Source: Lama glama (lineage: Eukaryota). Taken from it: a stretch of DNA of 64,000 bases. The position numbers and the translations under genes are program-made. Numbering within the stretch: position 1 is the first letter of the stretch; every line of letters starts with the position of its first letter. Where the stretch lies: contig CM052816.1 in assembly GCA_028534125.1 (NCBI GenBank), positions 69,256,001-69,320,000 on the forward strand, given 5' to 3'. Below are positions 1 to 13,896 of the stretch, one piece after another. The notes beneath the pieces are model-generated. The model searched no databases, had not been told where the DNA came from, and saw nothing but the letters and a program-made list of their open reading frames with translations.

Positions 1-716
1 CCTAGATAGACATCTCTCCAAAGAAGACATCCAGACAGCCAACAAGCACGTGAAAAGATGCTCAACATCACTAATTGTTAGAAAAATGCAAATCAAAACT
101 ACAATGAAATATCACCTCACACCAGTCAGTATGGCCATTATTAAAAAGCCTACAAATGATAAATGTTGGAGAAGGTGTGAAGAAAAAGAAACCTTCCTAC
201 ACTGTTGATGGGAATGAAAATTGGTGCAGCCACTATGAAGGACAGTATGGAAGTTCCTTAAAAAACTAAAAATAAACTTACTATATGATCTAGCAATCCC
301 AATCCTAGGCATATATCCAGAGAAAAATATAATTTGAAGGCACATGCATCCCAATATTCATGGTAGCACTATTTACAATAGCCATGAAAGACATGGAAAC
401 AACCTAAATGTCCATTGACAGATAAATGGATAAAGAAGATGTGGTATATTTAAACAATGGAATACTACTCAGCCATAAAAAGGATAAAATAATGCCATTT
501 GCAGCAACATGGATGGACCTAGAGATTGTCATTCTAAGAGAGGTAAGCCAGAAAGAGAAAGAAAAATACCATATGATATGACTTATATGTGGGATCTTAA
601 AAAAAAAGGACAGAAATGAACTTATCTACAAAACAGAAGCAGACTCACATAGAGAATAAACTTATGGTAAGGGGGTAAAAGGGGTGGGAAAGGATAAACT
701 GGGAATTCAAAAATTG
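1..716 (+). mobile_element. LINE-1 fragment, ORF2 C-terminus plus part of the 3' UTR (cetartiodactyl-type), cut by the window edge
   Basis: Typical L1 ORF2-end sequence (gaaaagatgctcaacatcactaat, atggaatactactcagccataaaaag, tttgcagcaacatggatggacctagag). Reading frame disrupted. Confidence 0.93.
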
Positions 717-719
717 CAC

Positions 720-840
720 CTCTTGGGGAGTCGTGGTTTCATAGGTGTATATATCTATCAAAATACATCAAAATGTATATCTGAAATATGTGTAGTTTAT
801 TGTATAGAAATTATACCACAATAAAGGTGTTAAAAAAAGG
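720..840 (+). mobile_element. Older L1M 3' terminus
   Basis: tgtagtttattgtat...ttataccacaataaag followed by an A-rich end, typical of L1MB/MC termini. Confidence 0.55.
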
Positions 841-929
841 TAAAAATATATTTAAAAGACAGACATTATGTCTTGACAGATTTACTGCTCTGGTAGCTGG
901 TCCTGGGGAGGGGAGGGTCCCTACTTCCA

Positions 930-1200
930 GCCTTCAAGGGATTCATGGTTACAAAGTCAGGTCCTAGAGGAATGTGGCCAGGTTTCAAATCCCAGCTTCT
1001 AACATTCTTCCTGGGTGACCTTAGGCAAGTTGCTGACTCTCTCTGTGCTCTGTTTTCCTGATCTATAAAGGCAGGCAATAAAAATACCTACTCTGCAAGA
1101 ATGTTAGGGGACTGAAATCAACTAATACATCTAAAACATCAGTTAGTAACAAAATATAATAAAACAAAACATCAGTAAGTGCATAATAAATATTAGCTAT
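930..1200 (+). mobile_element. MIR SINE
   Basis: ggtttcaaatcccagct...gtgaccttaggcaagttgctgactctctctgtgctctgttttcctgatctataa MIR core. Confidence 0.75.
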
Positions 1201-2869
1201 CAGTGCCAGTCACTGATCAACAATTTTTCCCCAAGAGTCAGTCTTGTAGATACAGATTTCCTCCTAAAAGGAGAATTCTTCACCAAACTTTTAAAATTCC
1301 ACAAAATCCTATTCAGCTGTCCCATGTTTCATTAAATATGAGGAGTAATATCCATTTTTAGACATGACAGCTGAGGCTCCAGGAGTTGTTCTCTAAGTTT
1401 ATAAAACTTACAGGTATGTCAGAAAAATAGCACAAATTCACATCATCTGACTCCAATTCCAAGGCTTTTTTTTTTTTTTTGACCTTTGTATACCAATGGG
1501 CCAGGGAAAAAAATGACCAAGTTCTTACAAAAAAACCATAAACTTTTCAGAAAGTACCTCTGGCAGGATACTTTTAAGTCATTAAAGTCAACATGCAGCC
1601 ATTCTTCAAGAAAGCTCCATGTAGAATTAGAAAACAAATAGGTATAGAATTCCAAAATAGGCAATCACAGTAGGTGTAAGAATCATAAAGCCAGTTTTGT
1701 CAGAGATTGTGCAATAGAGGGAAACATACTCTGCCTCTCCAATCCATCAGTTTGAAAACTGGGTGAAGTCTTAACAGAAATTGGAGAGCAGTCCAGGGTT
1801 TCCTGCTGGATGAAGATAAAGCAGCAGACCAGTGAGAACAGCCCGCTAGCCTCTGACTTGGGCTGGCTCAGCAGGGATCTGTAGAAGAGAAGCCATTCAA
1901 AAGTTATACAGAACATGGAGACCCTCCAGAGGGCCAGGGACCATGGTAGGCACTTTACACATTACCCTAGTAATTCTGTATGTTAGAGGGCCAGAGCCAA
2001 AGGAGGGTACTTCCAAAAGGCTGTTTTAACACAGCTTTACTTTTTTAAAAAGATTACCAGGAAATGTCAACTGCCTGATCTTGACTCTCACTCCACCCCT
2101 TCATATCTCCTCATTTATCATTTTTGTTGAAACCTCTTGGCTAGTATGTGCTGTTTGTACTATAGTTTTCATCTACCCTTTCTCCACTCCTTATCCCTGA
2201 ACCTCATCCACCTCACCCCACCCCACCCCATTCCTCATATCAACCAGCAAAATTTGTATTTGTTAGGAATCCTCTTTCAATAAAGTATCTGAAGAGCTAT
2301 TCTTATGAACCCAAGTGACATTTGATTAACGTGAATTCTGATATCAACACTTTATTCATGATCAATTGACAAGAAAATTATGAGATTCCTCTCAGATATT
2401 TGAAGGTAGTTCTGCCATTGTATTCTGTTTCCAGGCTCAAAAGTCTCAAAATTCTTCTCACAGTCCTCACACCTTTAAGCACATCTATGGTGTTTCTTCT
2501 CCACAGATGTTCTGCTCATATTCTTAGTCTTTTCCAGATTGGACAGAGTTCATTTATTAGTTGCCACATGTCAACTGCCCCACAATGAATTCCATTTGCA
2601 TCTGTCAATGAGTAGCTTTGATCAAATTGTATATTTGGACACTGCCTTTCATTAATCCATCTTAAACTCTATATTTAAAGTAAAAAATAATAAATTTGGT
2701 GAGGTCCTCATCATTTGACTTGAGGACACATGTGCAGATAACACAGTGGTTAAAAGCACAGTCTGCCCAGTTTTGAACCCTAGCCCCATCCACTTGCATT
2801 GCAGAGTAATATTGGGCAAATTATTTAAGCTCTTTGTGCCTCAATATGTTGCAAGGATTAAGTGGTTAA

Positions 2870-3040
2870 TATTTGAAATATATTACATATTATATGTAAT
2901 ATATACAAATATATTATACATGTTTATTATGTGTGTCAGGTATTCTCAAGTGATTGATATATATGTATATTACATATATCAATATATATCTCAATATAGC
3001 TATATCTATCTGTATCTATATCTATATCTATGTATATGCT
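2870..3040. repeat. TA/TATC-rich low-complexity tract
   Basis: Degenerate (TA)n/(TATC)n following a MIR fragment at about 2730-2870. Confidence 0.7.
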
Positions 3041-3365
3041 ATTATTCTTGCCAGTTTAAAATTGGGTGCATTGTCTGTTTAGATGAACACTTAGTAATAA
3101 TAAACTGATTGTTTTATTTTTTCTGTCTTTATTTTTGATGCAACCCTAAGAGTAGGAATTTTGATTGGGAAAGGAGGCAGGTTTGGGACAAGAAGCACAG
3201 TAGATAAAGATAAGGAAAGGTGTGGGTCTTGAGGTATGAAAGATGTACATGTTTATTTGGTAGTTTTGTAAAAGTGCTACCAGAAGAGAAAGTGAGAGAG
3301 GAGGTGATGTTTCTGTCACACACATTACTCAGAATTTTTTTCACTGAAAGTTTATTAGGGACAGA

Positions 3366-3898
3366 AAATTAGGGACAGAAAGCAATTAGTGCCCACATTG
3401 CCCTCACCTCTCCTGGCATCTGCCATGACATAGCCTGGCCCATCAACCAGCGTTGATTTGTTCCCCATGCCAAAATGTCTCAGAGTCAAAATCACTGCAC
3501 CAAGAAGACCTTGTAAGATGTCAAGCACCCAGTTCTTTAACAGGTGAGGTATTGTTACATTGTGAAAGTGTGAAGGTGAAATGGGTAGACTTCGAAACCC
3601 ACATTCTAGTTCAGGCCTACGTGTGAGTGTGCCTGCTGGTGGAAAAGGCTAGAGAGCAGAGTGTGCCCCTGGCACAGCCATCATCAAAAGCTGCAGGACC
3701 TAGAAAGACTAAAACCAGGTCTCACTTAGACCAGAGAAAAGAAATAAGTGAGAGGTCCTGGAGGACTGAAACACCCAGCTGAGCCGCTCTCCTAAGCCAG
3801 CATTTGCTCAGTAAATTAGGGACAGGAAGCAGTTAGTGCCCACATTGCCCTCACCTCTCCCGGCATCTACTGTGACACAGCCTGGCCCATCAACCAGC
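3366..3898 (+). repeat. 86-bp direct repeat pair (3366-3451 and 3813-3898)
   Basis: Manual ungapped alignment, 79/86 identical. Confidence 0.92.
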
Positions 3899-3983
3899 AT
3901 TCATTCCCACAGAGCTCGGAGACACTGCAGATTCCCTCTTAGCATGACGCTCCAGGTACATTTCTTCCCTTGAGTGCTGTCAT

Positions 3984-4147
3984 TGGAACAGGCTACATAA
4001 TTTGTAAGGCCCAATGCAAAATGAAAATGTGGGGGCTCAAAGTTCAAAAGTTATTGCGAGTTTCAGGATGATAGTGGAGCATCAAACCCAATGCGAGGCC
4101 CTTCTGAGCAGGAGGCTGTGGTCTTTAGGCCACTGAAGTCAGCCCTG
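3984..4147 (-). mobile_element. MER45A-like hAT DNA transposon
   Basis: ggctacataatttgtaaggcccaatgcaaaatgaaaatgtgggg...gcccttctgagc...tgaagtcagccctg matches the reverse complement of the MER45A consensus as recalled. Confidence 0.75.
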
Positions 4148-4159
4148 TCTGCCATGGAT

Positions 4160-4570
4160 CAGTTAATTCTCTGGGAAACAGACACCGAAACCCTGAAATC
4201 TGCATGCACGAGGCTTATTGTGAAGAGCTCTTGGAAACCCATCTCTAAGGGGTGAGGAAGCAGCATTGGGCAAGGGAGAAGTGGAACCGTGATACTGTCA
4301 TGGCCGAGGCCTCGGAGGATCCCTGAGGAGCCCTGGAGCGAGGTTGCCTGCGTAGAGGCAAGGGGCCTGGGCCTTACCTCCCGAAACACTTAAGACTCAA
4401 CACTCATTGGACGCAGGCTTGCTGGGCGGAGGCTAGGCTTCAGGCAAGGTGGCTCTCCTCTACTAGGGTAATACCCAAAGGAGCTCGCAGGCGCAAATCA
4501 TCAGCCGCCAACTCGCCGAGTAAAGCCTCTTTCAGCAAAGAGATCCCGGCGGAGCGCCACAGCATTCACT
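4160..4570 (-). mobile_element. Old ERVL-class LTR (LTR40/LTR41-like)
   Basis: gggaaacagacacc...atctgcatgcacgaggcttattg...gaggaagcagcattgggcaagggagaagtgga pattern. Subfamily uncertain. Confidence 0.55.
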
Positions 4571-6519
4571 GTGTATGCCACCCGCAACAATCAATAGCGG
4601 GTATTTTCCATTCCTGAGATAGATGTTGCAGTTGATGACCTTCTAAGACCAGTGTGAAAAGGTCGCTTCAATAACACAAAACAAGGCAAACAGCAAGAAA
4701 AGAATACCAGGAAAGGTGTCAGGATCGGGTGCCACTCCTCCCCGTCGGGGCCGAAGATCCAGCACTGATTTTACAGGGAAGCTTGGGAATTGAAGTAGGT
4801 GCTTTAGAAACTTGGCAGCTTTTGTATTGTTTTTATTTTCTGTATTTATTTTCTTAAATTTTCCCTTTTCATATTGAACAGATGCCAGCATTTTCAAAAT
4901 GAAATCTATTTAAAAACAAGAGGGAAAACAAAAGGCCAGTTCTTGTCCTTATTGGGCTGGAGAGGTGGGGGCCAGCATGGAGACAGGGAAGTGGTAGAGG
5001 ATTTGGAAGCGTTAGAGCCCCCCAGGGCCGGGTGAACATTCGGAAAGGAGCAGGGACCCTTGTTCTCAGGCCTGGAGATCTCATCTATTCACACCACAGA
5101 GGCATCTGTGTCTTGTTTAAATGAAGGGCCCTCTGCAGGCTTATAGGGTCTATTTTAGACTCCAGTGCCAAAGCTCCTGAGATAATGGATTTAAAAGTCT
5201 TATCCGTTATGTTAATAATAATAATGAAGGCTTCTGATTATGATAAACCCATCTTTGGAAATACTCTCCACCAAATAGGCCAGATTAACACAAGTGTTTT
5301 TGAGACTCTCTAAAACACAAAATGTGTTTATGACTACCAGTGAGGAAGGAAAAGATGTTCTGAACACAAAATTCAGAAATTCATCACTGAGAAATTATTT
5401 TCTGGCTGCTTTAAAACTGCAAAATTTAAAGCTCAGTAGTTTGTGATCCTATATGTAGCAAAAATTTTAAATTTTTAGGTAAATTCAATTAGTAAATTTT
5501 CACTGCACTGAAACTAATACAGTGATAAGCATTAATTATTATAAAAATGCTTATTTTATAAATGAAAAGGTCAATAATTTTTTAATATTTCTAAATGGAG
5601 TGTATTTATAAAATGGGTTAGAGTGTATTGTTTATCTTTCAGATTTGCAGCACATTTTACCTTAATCTGAAGTTTGATTCCCTCCTTTCATCCCAATGTT
5701 TGTGGGTTGTATGTATGTAATTCTGAGTGAAGTTTCTATGTGAAGTAGGTGCTCAGAAATGGTTTTATCCTCTGGGACCATGGACTAAACTGTTTACGGG
5801 CTACAAGTTACTAAAACATACAAACAAACAAAGGGAAACAAATACCTCCCCTTCCTAAGCCTCAGAGCTATACCAAGGCCATCCTCTCAGAAGTTCTAAC
5901 TTACAGGAAAGAGCCAAATCCTGAATTTCTTCCTCCATACCACCCTCTACACCCAGCAGAATCTTGATTTTATGACAGCCTCCTGAGGAAGTTCAGATCC
6001 GTTAGAACAGTATTCTGATCCGAGGAAATGTGTGTATGTGTATTTGGAAGAGGCACAAGGAAACCCTTACATTCATTTTACCCCCCCACCCCACTGGCTT
6101 CCAAGGGCCTCCTGAGAACCCCTCAAGCCATTGAGTATTGAAAAGTGCCTTCCTAAATACTGCCTGACTTGCACAGGACTGTTGTCAGGATCAAAATGGG
6201 ATTCTGCCATGAAAACAAAGAAGGATTCCAAGGACTAACAGATGCTTCTCTTGTTCATAATACTTTGTACAATTCCAAACAAGTAAACCAACAATAAAAT
6301 TAGTATCCTTCAACAAGACTAATATCTGCATGAAGATAAAATACATGCCTTTTCTCTCTACCTTTGTACAGTTAGAGCCTTAGTAAATATTCGTTGACTG
6401 TAAAAGAACATAGTTTACTCTCCCAGCATACACAGTAAAGTGTATGTTTGAGCCCCAGGGGAGCTCTCAGTGATTAAGCTGGAAGGTCTTCCAAAGGTTC
6501 ATCCATAAAATGTATAACA

Positions 6520-6740
6520 GTCAACATTTATTGAGTGTTCCACCAGGCAGCACGATTCTAAGTGCTTTACATGCTTGTAATACCTATGAGGGATATCTTA
6601 TTATCACACTCCCTTTTAGATGGGAAAATTGAGATGTTAAGTAACTTGCCGGAAGTCATATGGCCAATGAGTGTCAGAGCTTGGTTTCAAACAAACAGGA
6701 AGGTCTTGCATCAAAGCCTAGGTTCTCAACCACTAAACCT
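6520..6740 (-). mobile_element. MIR SINE
   Basis: acatttattgagtg...ttttagatgggaaaattgagatgttaagtaacttgcc, reverse MIR core. Confidence 0.75.
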
Positions 6741-9700
6741 CAGCAGAATAAAAGCAGATGCTGGTCACTGGTTACTGGAGCCCATTTCCTTTGTCAGGGT
6801 CCTGTGTTCAACCCAGACAAAACCAGATGAACTCTTGGTTCCAACTCCGTTCAACCAGCCAACTCTAGCCTTTTGAAAATGCAAAAATGGAGGCTCCAAT
6901 GTGTAAATTGTCTTGCAATACTTTGTTAGGCATCTAGCTGAGGTAGGTGTGGTACCACTGCAGTCAGTGAACTATTTAGTTCTAAATCATCGCAGTGTCT
7001 CAGCTTCAGGATCTAAATATGTTTGGGGAAGTGACTGAATGTCTTGAATTTGATTTAGTTCTTCTGGAAACTACCACGCCTGCTTGGTATACAAAACACA
7101 AGCTTCCCAGTCCTATTTGTAGCTAGATGCAGGATTTTACTGATCATGGCAGAAGATTCACATGGGGCATGTGTTAAACTTTGCAAATTTGCCAGGTTCC
7201 ATTCTCAGATTCAAGTTCAGGAAGCCTGAGGTTTTTAGCCTCTTTAGCTAGCAAACCAAGTGGTTCTAGTATCAGAAAGACACTGCCCTGAATTTGGAAG
7301 GGATACTTCTTATCTGCCTGAGGCTTGGCTAAATAGAATGAACTTGTGTGTTTTCTTTTCAAAGAAACCAGGACAAATCTCCTTATCCCTCCCTGGCCTG
7401 AAGCAGCCCCTCTGGTGGTCAGAGCACACAGCTCCCTGTGTGGCTCAGCCCCCTTCTTCTTGGTTTGGTTGGGTTCCTGGGAAAGGCCACACCACTGAGA
7501 GGGAGCCCCACAGCATCCTGCGCCCAGCCTTCACTCAACCTGCATGCATGCCAGATTTGACTGCATCCAGGCCACCAAGATACACAGACAAGCTGGGATT
7601 CAGTTTGCAAGGCCCAATTTCCATCCCCCGCTGGTGTCAACAAGTCACTGCAATCATAACCTTCTGGGTTCCTTCAGAGGAAGCCAGTTATCTGCTAGAC
7701 TTCCTTTGTTCTTCAGGGCTTTATCTTGGCATCTCTGCCAAGGACATGTTTTGGCTGGATCCACTACCCTGGCCTCTGCACATCTCTGGGAAGCTGAGCT
7801 AAGAGAAACATGGCCTAGGAGGTAGAAGGGAGTGAGGTTGAATGCAGGACTGTACAAGGGAAATGTTCTCCCAGGATCAGGTGCTCATTGGACCAATGAC
7901 GAGCATCTTCCCAAGACTGCCATGAGCCCCTCAAACTTTTCAGAGACTGGACTGCTGCTCCTTCAGAGCAAGGACATGCCAGCCTTCTTGGGATCCCTTT
8001 CTGTATAATCAGAGTGGAGGTAAGGATAGGGATTTTGTCGTCTCTGTTAAAGAGGGTCAATGTACAATGCCATCTGCACTGGTTTGGGTTTTGCAGTGGG
8101 AGCTGAAACTCACGGACCATGGTATTCACTGATAATGAATAGCTGTGGTGAAAGTGGCTGCTCCCCCAAGCGCTTGTACAGCATAATCAATCATGTGCAA
8201 CTCTGCTGCTGCCACATCTACTCAGAAAAGTCCTGCACATCATTTTAAGCCCAGTTCAAATCTCTCTCCTCTCAGATTCCCTCCTCTGACTTCTAAAGGC
8301 TCCTTCAGCAAGTGGTGATTATCACATGGCTTATTCAGATATTTTATATGGGGTGATAGCTCCCCAATATCTTGCAGAGAGGAGAAAGAGTGTCTCTTTC
8401 ACCTATACATTCACCATAGCATCCAAAAATTGAGGCTTACATATAGTAGGTGTTCAATAAAAGTTACATTAATAACAACCTTGTGTAGAGGAAAATAGAC
8501 TCAGTCATGTGGACTATAATATTTAACATTTATTTACTGGCAGAGATTGAAGTGAAAAAGGAATTGGTCAGATTGTTTAATTTGGAGCCCTTTTAAATAC
8601 ATACTAAGTGAAACATCCACTGAAACAATAACCTGGTTTAATTATATGAACTTTGACTCTGTGATAATTGATTATCCTTAAAACCATCCTGGATTTGTTT
8701 CCCTACAGAAAAGCAGGGCACTGAGCACAGTTCTGTGAAACATTCCTTTAAAGAGATTTCTCAGCACTAAATAAAAGAGTGGCTTCTTAATGTTGCAAAA
8801 GGGGTCCAGCTGTTCATTTGGCCAGAGACAAGAACTGAGCTGGCTCTAAATGGAGATGGCAGGAAAAGATAAACATGGCTGTATGATGTCATTGAAATGG
8901 GCTTATTTTTGTCAGAAGCCAAATTCAAATACCCTCAGGAAAATAGGTTGTTTGTTTTGCTTTGAATTACTACAGTTTTCTAAAATTCATTTTTGCCTCT
9001 GTAGGTGATGGAATTTTCCAGTGGACTCCAAGTTCCATGGAGAGAGGCATGGAAACCTGTACTCTTCTGGGTGCCTGGAAAGAGTGCTCACTAGAACCTC
9101 CACTAACCTCTTCTGAAGGCAGAGGCATCCCTTCTGGAGGAATGTAGTCCACAGGGAGCATGGCTTGGCTAATGGTCAGTGTCTTTGGTGAATATAGCTC
9201 TGGGTCAGGTATACAGTTTAGGAAGGGGCGTATGGGCTGAATTCTAGCTCCCCTGGTCCCCTCTTGTTTAATACAACTGACCTCCACTGTGCCAGGCAGC
9301 CCTGAAACCTTGGATAATAGCCCTTACTCCTCCTACAGCCCCTATCCTTCAGGAGGGCACAGGAGAACATATTATTGGCAACTGGAGACTCTCTTAGAAC
9401 AAAGCACGGTGTAAAGGGTATTGAATACTCACTATGTGCTAAGCACTTTGGGGAATATGCAAGCATTTATTGAATCAATGAAAAAGAAAATGAGAGAACA
9501 AGTCTCTATTCGTGGCAATACTGGATGGGGCTCAAAACACATCCCTAGGAAGGGATGGAAGCAGAGAAGCTAAACACCATCTGATCATACAAAAAATAAC
9601 TTTCCTGCTAGTACAAAGAGTAGGAATGTTTTTATTCCTGATTTTTCCATTCAATCCTAATGTCTTAGATTAAATACTAATTGCCCCATTTTCCAGCTAG

Positions 9701-10111
9701 AAGAAAAAGCCCTTAATCTTTAAAATTTGGATCTCAATGTGGATTTGTGTCTGTAAGCATGATGTGGCACCAGATCCCACCAGAAATCCTACGTCATTTT
9801 CTTTCCTTACTCGGCATCCCAGATCATCCTGAAATGGAAATCTTTCTATGAGAACAGAACGGAGGATGCAAATATATGCCTGAGGAATTCATTTTAAAAT
9901 AGTTTTGAAAAAATGTTAAGAATCCTTTCTCTGTCATGTCACTTTCCAAGCTTTAGGGCCTACCATGGGAGGCAGGGTTAAGACAACTCCCCTCCAAGTC
10001 AGTATGTTCTGACATCTTCAAGCTTGAACCTTCCTGTATTATTATTTAACCAGGAATAAGCTAATGCAATCTTTCACTATAATTTGCTAAGTTACCCACA
10101 GATAGTTTACG

Positions 10112-10319
10112 ACAGGCTTTCTCAACCTCAACTCTATGGAGATTTGGGGTGAGATAATTCTTTTTGTGTGTGGGGAAGTGGCAGTCCTGTACGTTGTCAA
10201 AAGTTTAGCAGCATCCTTGACCTCTACTCATTAGATGACAGTAGCACATCTCCTTCCTTAGCTATAACAACCAAAAATGTCTCCAGACATTGCCAAACAC
10301 CCCTGATTGAGAAACACTG
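10112..10319. mobile_element. MER20 hAT-Charlie DNA transposon
   Basis: caggctttctcaacct...tttagcagcatccttgacctctactcattagatg...aaccaaaaatgtctccagacattgccaaa...ttgagaaacactg with terminal inverted repeats. Confidence 0.85.
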
Positions 10320-10604
10320 ATTTAGAGTAGCACTACTTCTCAAAGTTCAGTCAGACACAAGGAGCCAGCCAGCATCTGAAAGTCAACAGAGAACAACTCT
10401 ACCTGCTGCTGTGATGACAAGGACTTAGGACAAGTGAGTTGAAATGCTCTCATTTGTCCAGGTCCAGTAAATTAAGGTACTGAGCAAATAGTTTACTACA
10501 AATAAGAAGTGATTTGGTGTACCATCACTGCCCAACGCTAAGATCTTGCTGATTCTTTTTGACCAGACAAAGATTTTTTTGAATATAATATATTTTTACA
10601 GTGT

Positions 10605-11030
10605 ATCTGTCTATCAGTAGCTTTAGCAACAAATGACAAAAGCCCAGTTCAAAGTGGCTTAAGCAAAAAAGAGAAGCTTTCTATTGGGTCATATAACAGA
10701 AAATTTAGGGATAGAATTGCCTTTAAATACATGTGGATCAAGGTATTAAAATAATGACACCAGTAATATTTTACTTTCTTCTTTGGGTTATATTTTTCTC
10801 TATGTTGGCCTTATTTTCAAGATGCTTTCCCTAGACAGTGACAGAGCCAGCCACTGAAGGTCCAGGCTGATACCCTACAAACTCCAGTGGAGAGATAATG
10901 TCTCTTTTCCAAGAGTTCTGGCCAAAATTCCAAGGTTAAGTCTCATTGACCTGACTTGGATCAGGTATCCATCCATGAGCCAATCATTGCAGCCAGAGAA
11001 ATGGAACACTCCAGATAATTTCCCGGGCTT
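10605..11030. mobile_element. Old MaLR LTR (MLT1K/L-like)
   Basis: aaatgacaaaagcccagttcaaagtggcttaagcaaaaaag and tctcattgacctgacttggatcagg...gagccaatcattg motifs. Confidence 0.55.
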
Positions 11031-11042
11031 GTCAGCACAGCC

Positions 11043-11534
11043 TGTGGTAGACGGCCTCTAAGATGGCCTCCACTGGTTCCTGTCTCCTGGTTTTCCTGAC
11101 CTCATGTATTCTCCCCTTCTTGAGTATAGGCTGGACTCACTTCTAATGAATAGAATTCAGCAAAAGTGATGTTATCATTTCCGAGATTATGCTACAAAAA
11201 GACTGCGACTTCTGCCTCACTCATCCTGCCATACTGTGAACTGCTCTATGAAGAGAGCTACGTAGCAAGAAATTGATGGCTCTGTCCAAGGACAGCAAGA
11301 ACTCAACACCTGTCAACTGCCATGTGGGTGAGCTTAGGAGATCTCCCCTCATTTGAGCCTTAAGATGATTTCAACACTAACTAACACCTTATAGCATTTT
11401 CGTGAGAAATCTTAAGGGCAAGACAGACAGAAAGGCTACACTCAAATTCCTGACCCATAGAAGCTACCAGATATTGTTGGTTGTTTTACGCCATTAAGTT
11501 AGGTTGTTTGTTATACAGCAATAGATAACTAACA
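11043..11534 (+). mobile_element. MaLR LTR (MLT1E/F-like), nested in or abutting the older MLT1
   Basis: Starts tgtggtagacggcctctaagatggcc and ends tttgttatacagcaatagataactaaca. Confidence 0.75.
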
Positions 11535-13896
11535 CACACACATAACACCCCCAGGAATACAAGATTGGGAGCTTTTCACCAAACACCATGGCCTGAGATT
11601 GGGTGAGACATAGCTCAAAGGAATTCTGGTGCTCAAAAACACTACTCATTATAACATCCAATTTAGGCTGTTTTCACTGAACATATAAGTTTCAAAATAT
11701 AAAAAGAAGGCGGAAAATTGGCAGACTTTCATATGAGTATCAATAATCAATTTGTAATGACCTAGTTTACCAGAGGCTTTGTAAAACCACATGTCCTGGG
11801 GGCAGTAGGGGGAGCCCAGTGTTGACAGTTGTTTTTTTCCTTTATTCACCCTAGAGATGGAACTACTGGAGACCAAGTTTAAGTGGAACTTTTCTATTGC
11901 TTTAGATCTGTCTGCTCTGAATTTTTAGTTTCCATTATTACATAAGCCCTAAAGTCTCCTTGTTGACAAAGACAGTTTATGTTCTCTTCCCATTAAACAG
12001 GAAAATTAAACAGCCTAAGAAGCTGAAATATCGATGAATCTTTTGCCACAGTATCATAAATTTGTAGTTCCATTTTGAAATTTTGACATTGAGATCTTGA
12101 TTAGAATTTTCTCCCAAAGTGTCCTGGAAGCACTAAAATAAGGTACTTGTAAGACTCTAAATTGCCTCAGGTGCTCCAGAACACACAATATACAGGACAG
12201 AATTCCTGTTTTCTTACTTCCATGTCCTGATTTACCGTGTCTGGCTCATGCTAAATATATTTGGAAAAATAAAACCCCTCTCCAGCATTTGATCACAATA
12301 AGAATGAAAGTTAATTAAAGTCCTAAGAAGACAATTACCTGCTAATGATAACCCACTGGAGCCCAAGTCTCTTTGAATTGTGCATGATGAAAAGTCACAG
12401 TGGTGAGAGCTGAGGAAGTGAGTTGAATACTGAGAGAACTCAACGTCAAGAGTACCATTACTTAGGGCCATTTGAAGTGCATTTTTTATGTCGCTTCTCC
12501 AGAATGTGGTATTTGATTGATAGTATAGAGCATGATCAATTTATTTTTAGATAGTTTGATCTAGTAAGATGCTGAGCATGATGCTGATGGACTTAGTTTA
12601 TGTGTGTTTTCAGATTAATAGCTGCTCAATGAGCTATTGGATATCTGTGATCCTTCCATTAACATTGAGATACTCACTAACCACATTTCTTTGTAATGAA
12701 CTGAGCACACTTCTAAAGATCTGTCTATTCATAGCTAAGGTAAAAACTTCCTGTTCTGTTCCTATGACCTAACTTTAGTCAAGTCGTGGAGAAGAAGAAA
12801 GCTGTATCAAATGAGATCTTTGAAGAGCCAAGGTTTCCATCCAAGGCCAAATTAAGAAAGAGTTTTACTTGTCTTTCTTTGCATATTTCTCAAAAAAAAA
12901 AAACTTCAAAAATTTTTTTTAAGTTTTTTTTCTTAATTTGCATTGATCTGTATTTCCCACGACCATCAGAATTTCACTAATGGCAACAGGATAGTATTTC
13001 TGTAACCCTGACCCACTCACATTTTTGAGGCATCTAGCTCCCTTAAAATTCTCCCAAGTAGCTGAGGAGTTCCTGGATGTATTAAGTGAGTGTGGGATTG
13101 GAGATGACTTGACTATTTGAATACTTTGAACACTTTGAATAGAAAGTACCATTCCCTTCTGCAAGTTCCTGTAGGTGCAGCATGTGACCTGCTGGTTCCT
13201 TCTCTTCTGTTTTGGAGACTGCTGCCTCTCAGAGTCAGATCTAGGACAGAGCCCACCTGCCTCATTCCAACATCTCCCGTGTCACATGCTCCAGCAGTCC
13301 CCTCACTGAAGTGCAGCAGTGTCTTCTGCTTTCAAGCTCCTATAGAGACAAGTGAAAAGGCTACTGGCTTTTTAGTTTTACTACTTCATCTCCCTAGGAT
13401 TCTGGCCCAGGAAAAAGAGCAAATCCCAAAAGTTGTAATTGAGCTCTCTCCTGATGCTGGCCTCCCATCCTTGAGCCAAGTTTGTGTAGAGGACCCTCTC
13501 TACCCTAAAAGGTGAGTCTTGCCACCCTAATGGACATCCAGATTTGTCTGAAAACCTAAGATACATAGTTTAGGCCCTCAAGTTTAGACATCCCAAGTTC
13601 TCACACCAGGAGGTAAACACTGTAGATGTGAGTTAAGTAAGACTGAGCCCACATGTGAAACATACCACAATGTGTTTGGGGGTTCCAAAATAATTTTCTT
13701 ATATTTATCTTAATGAAAGTAAATTCAAGAAACAGTTAGTATTGACTATGGCATGTAAGCAAATGAATTAAAGAATTTAATACTTATTTTTCTCTGCTTC
13801 AAAAGTGACCTAACTTTAAAGCATTTTGGCTTTAAGAAGAATGAAGAATCAGACTCTGAAATTAAACCATCACTTAAAAGCTACATTAAATTAGCA

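Noticed and set aside
7402..7421. CTCF-like motif (reverse complement TGACCACCAGAGGGGCTGC)
   Set aside because: Mismatch in the GGC core, and a single motif match cannot be supported without PWM scoring or ChIP data.
7260..7802. Longest ORF in the track (180 aa), and similar 100-155 aa ORFs elsewhere
   Set aside because: No recognisable domain, GTG/TTG starts in many cases, overlapping ORFs in several frames, and lengths expected by chance in 64 kb of mammalian DNA.
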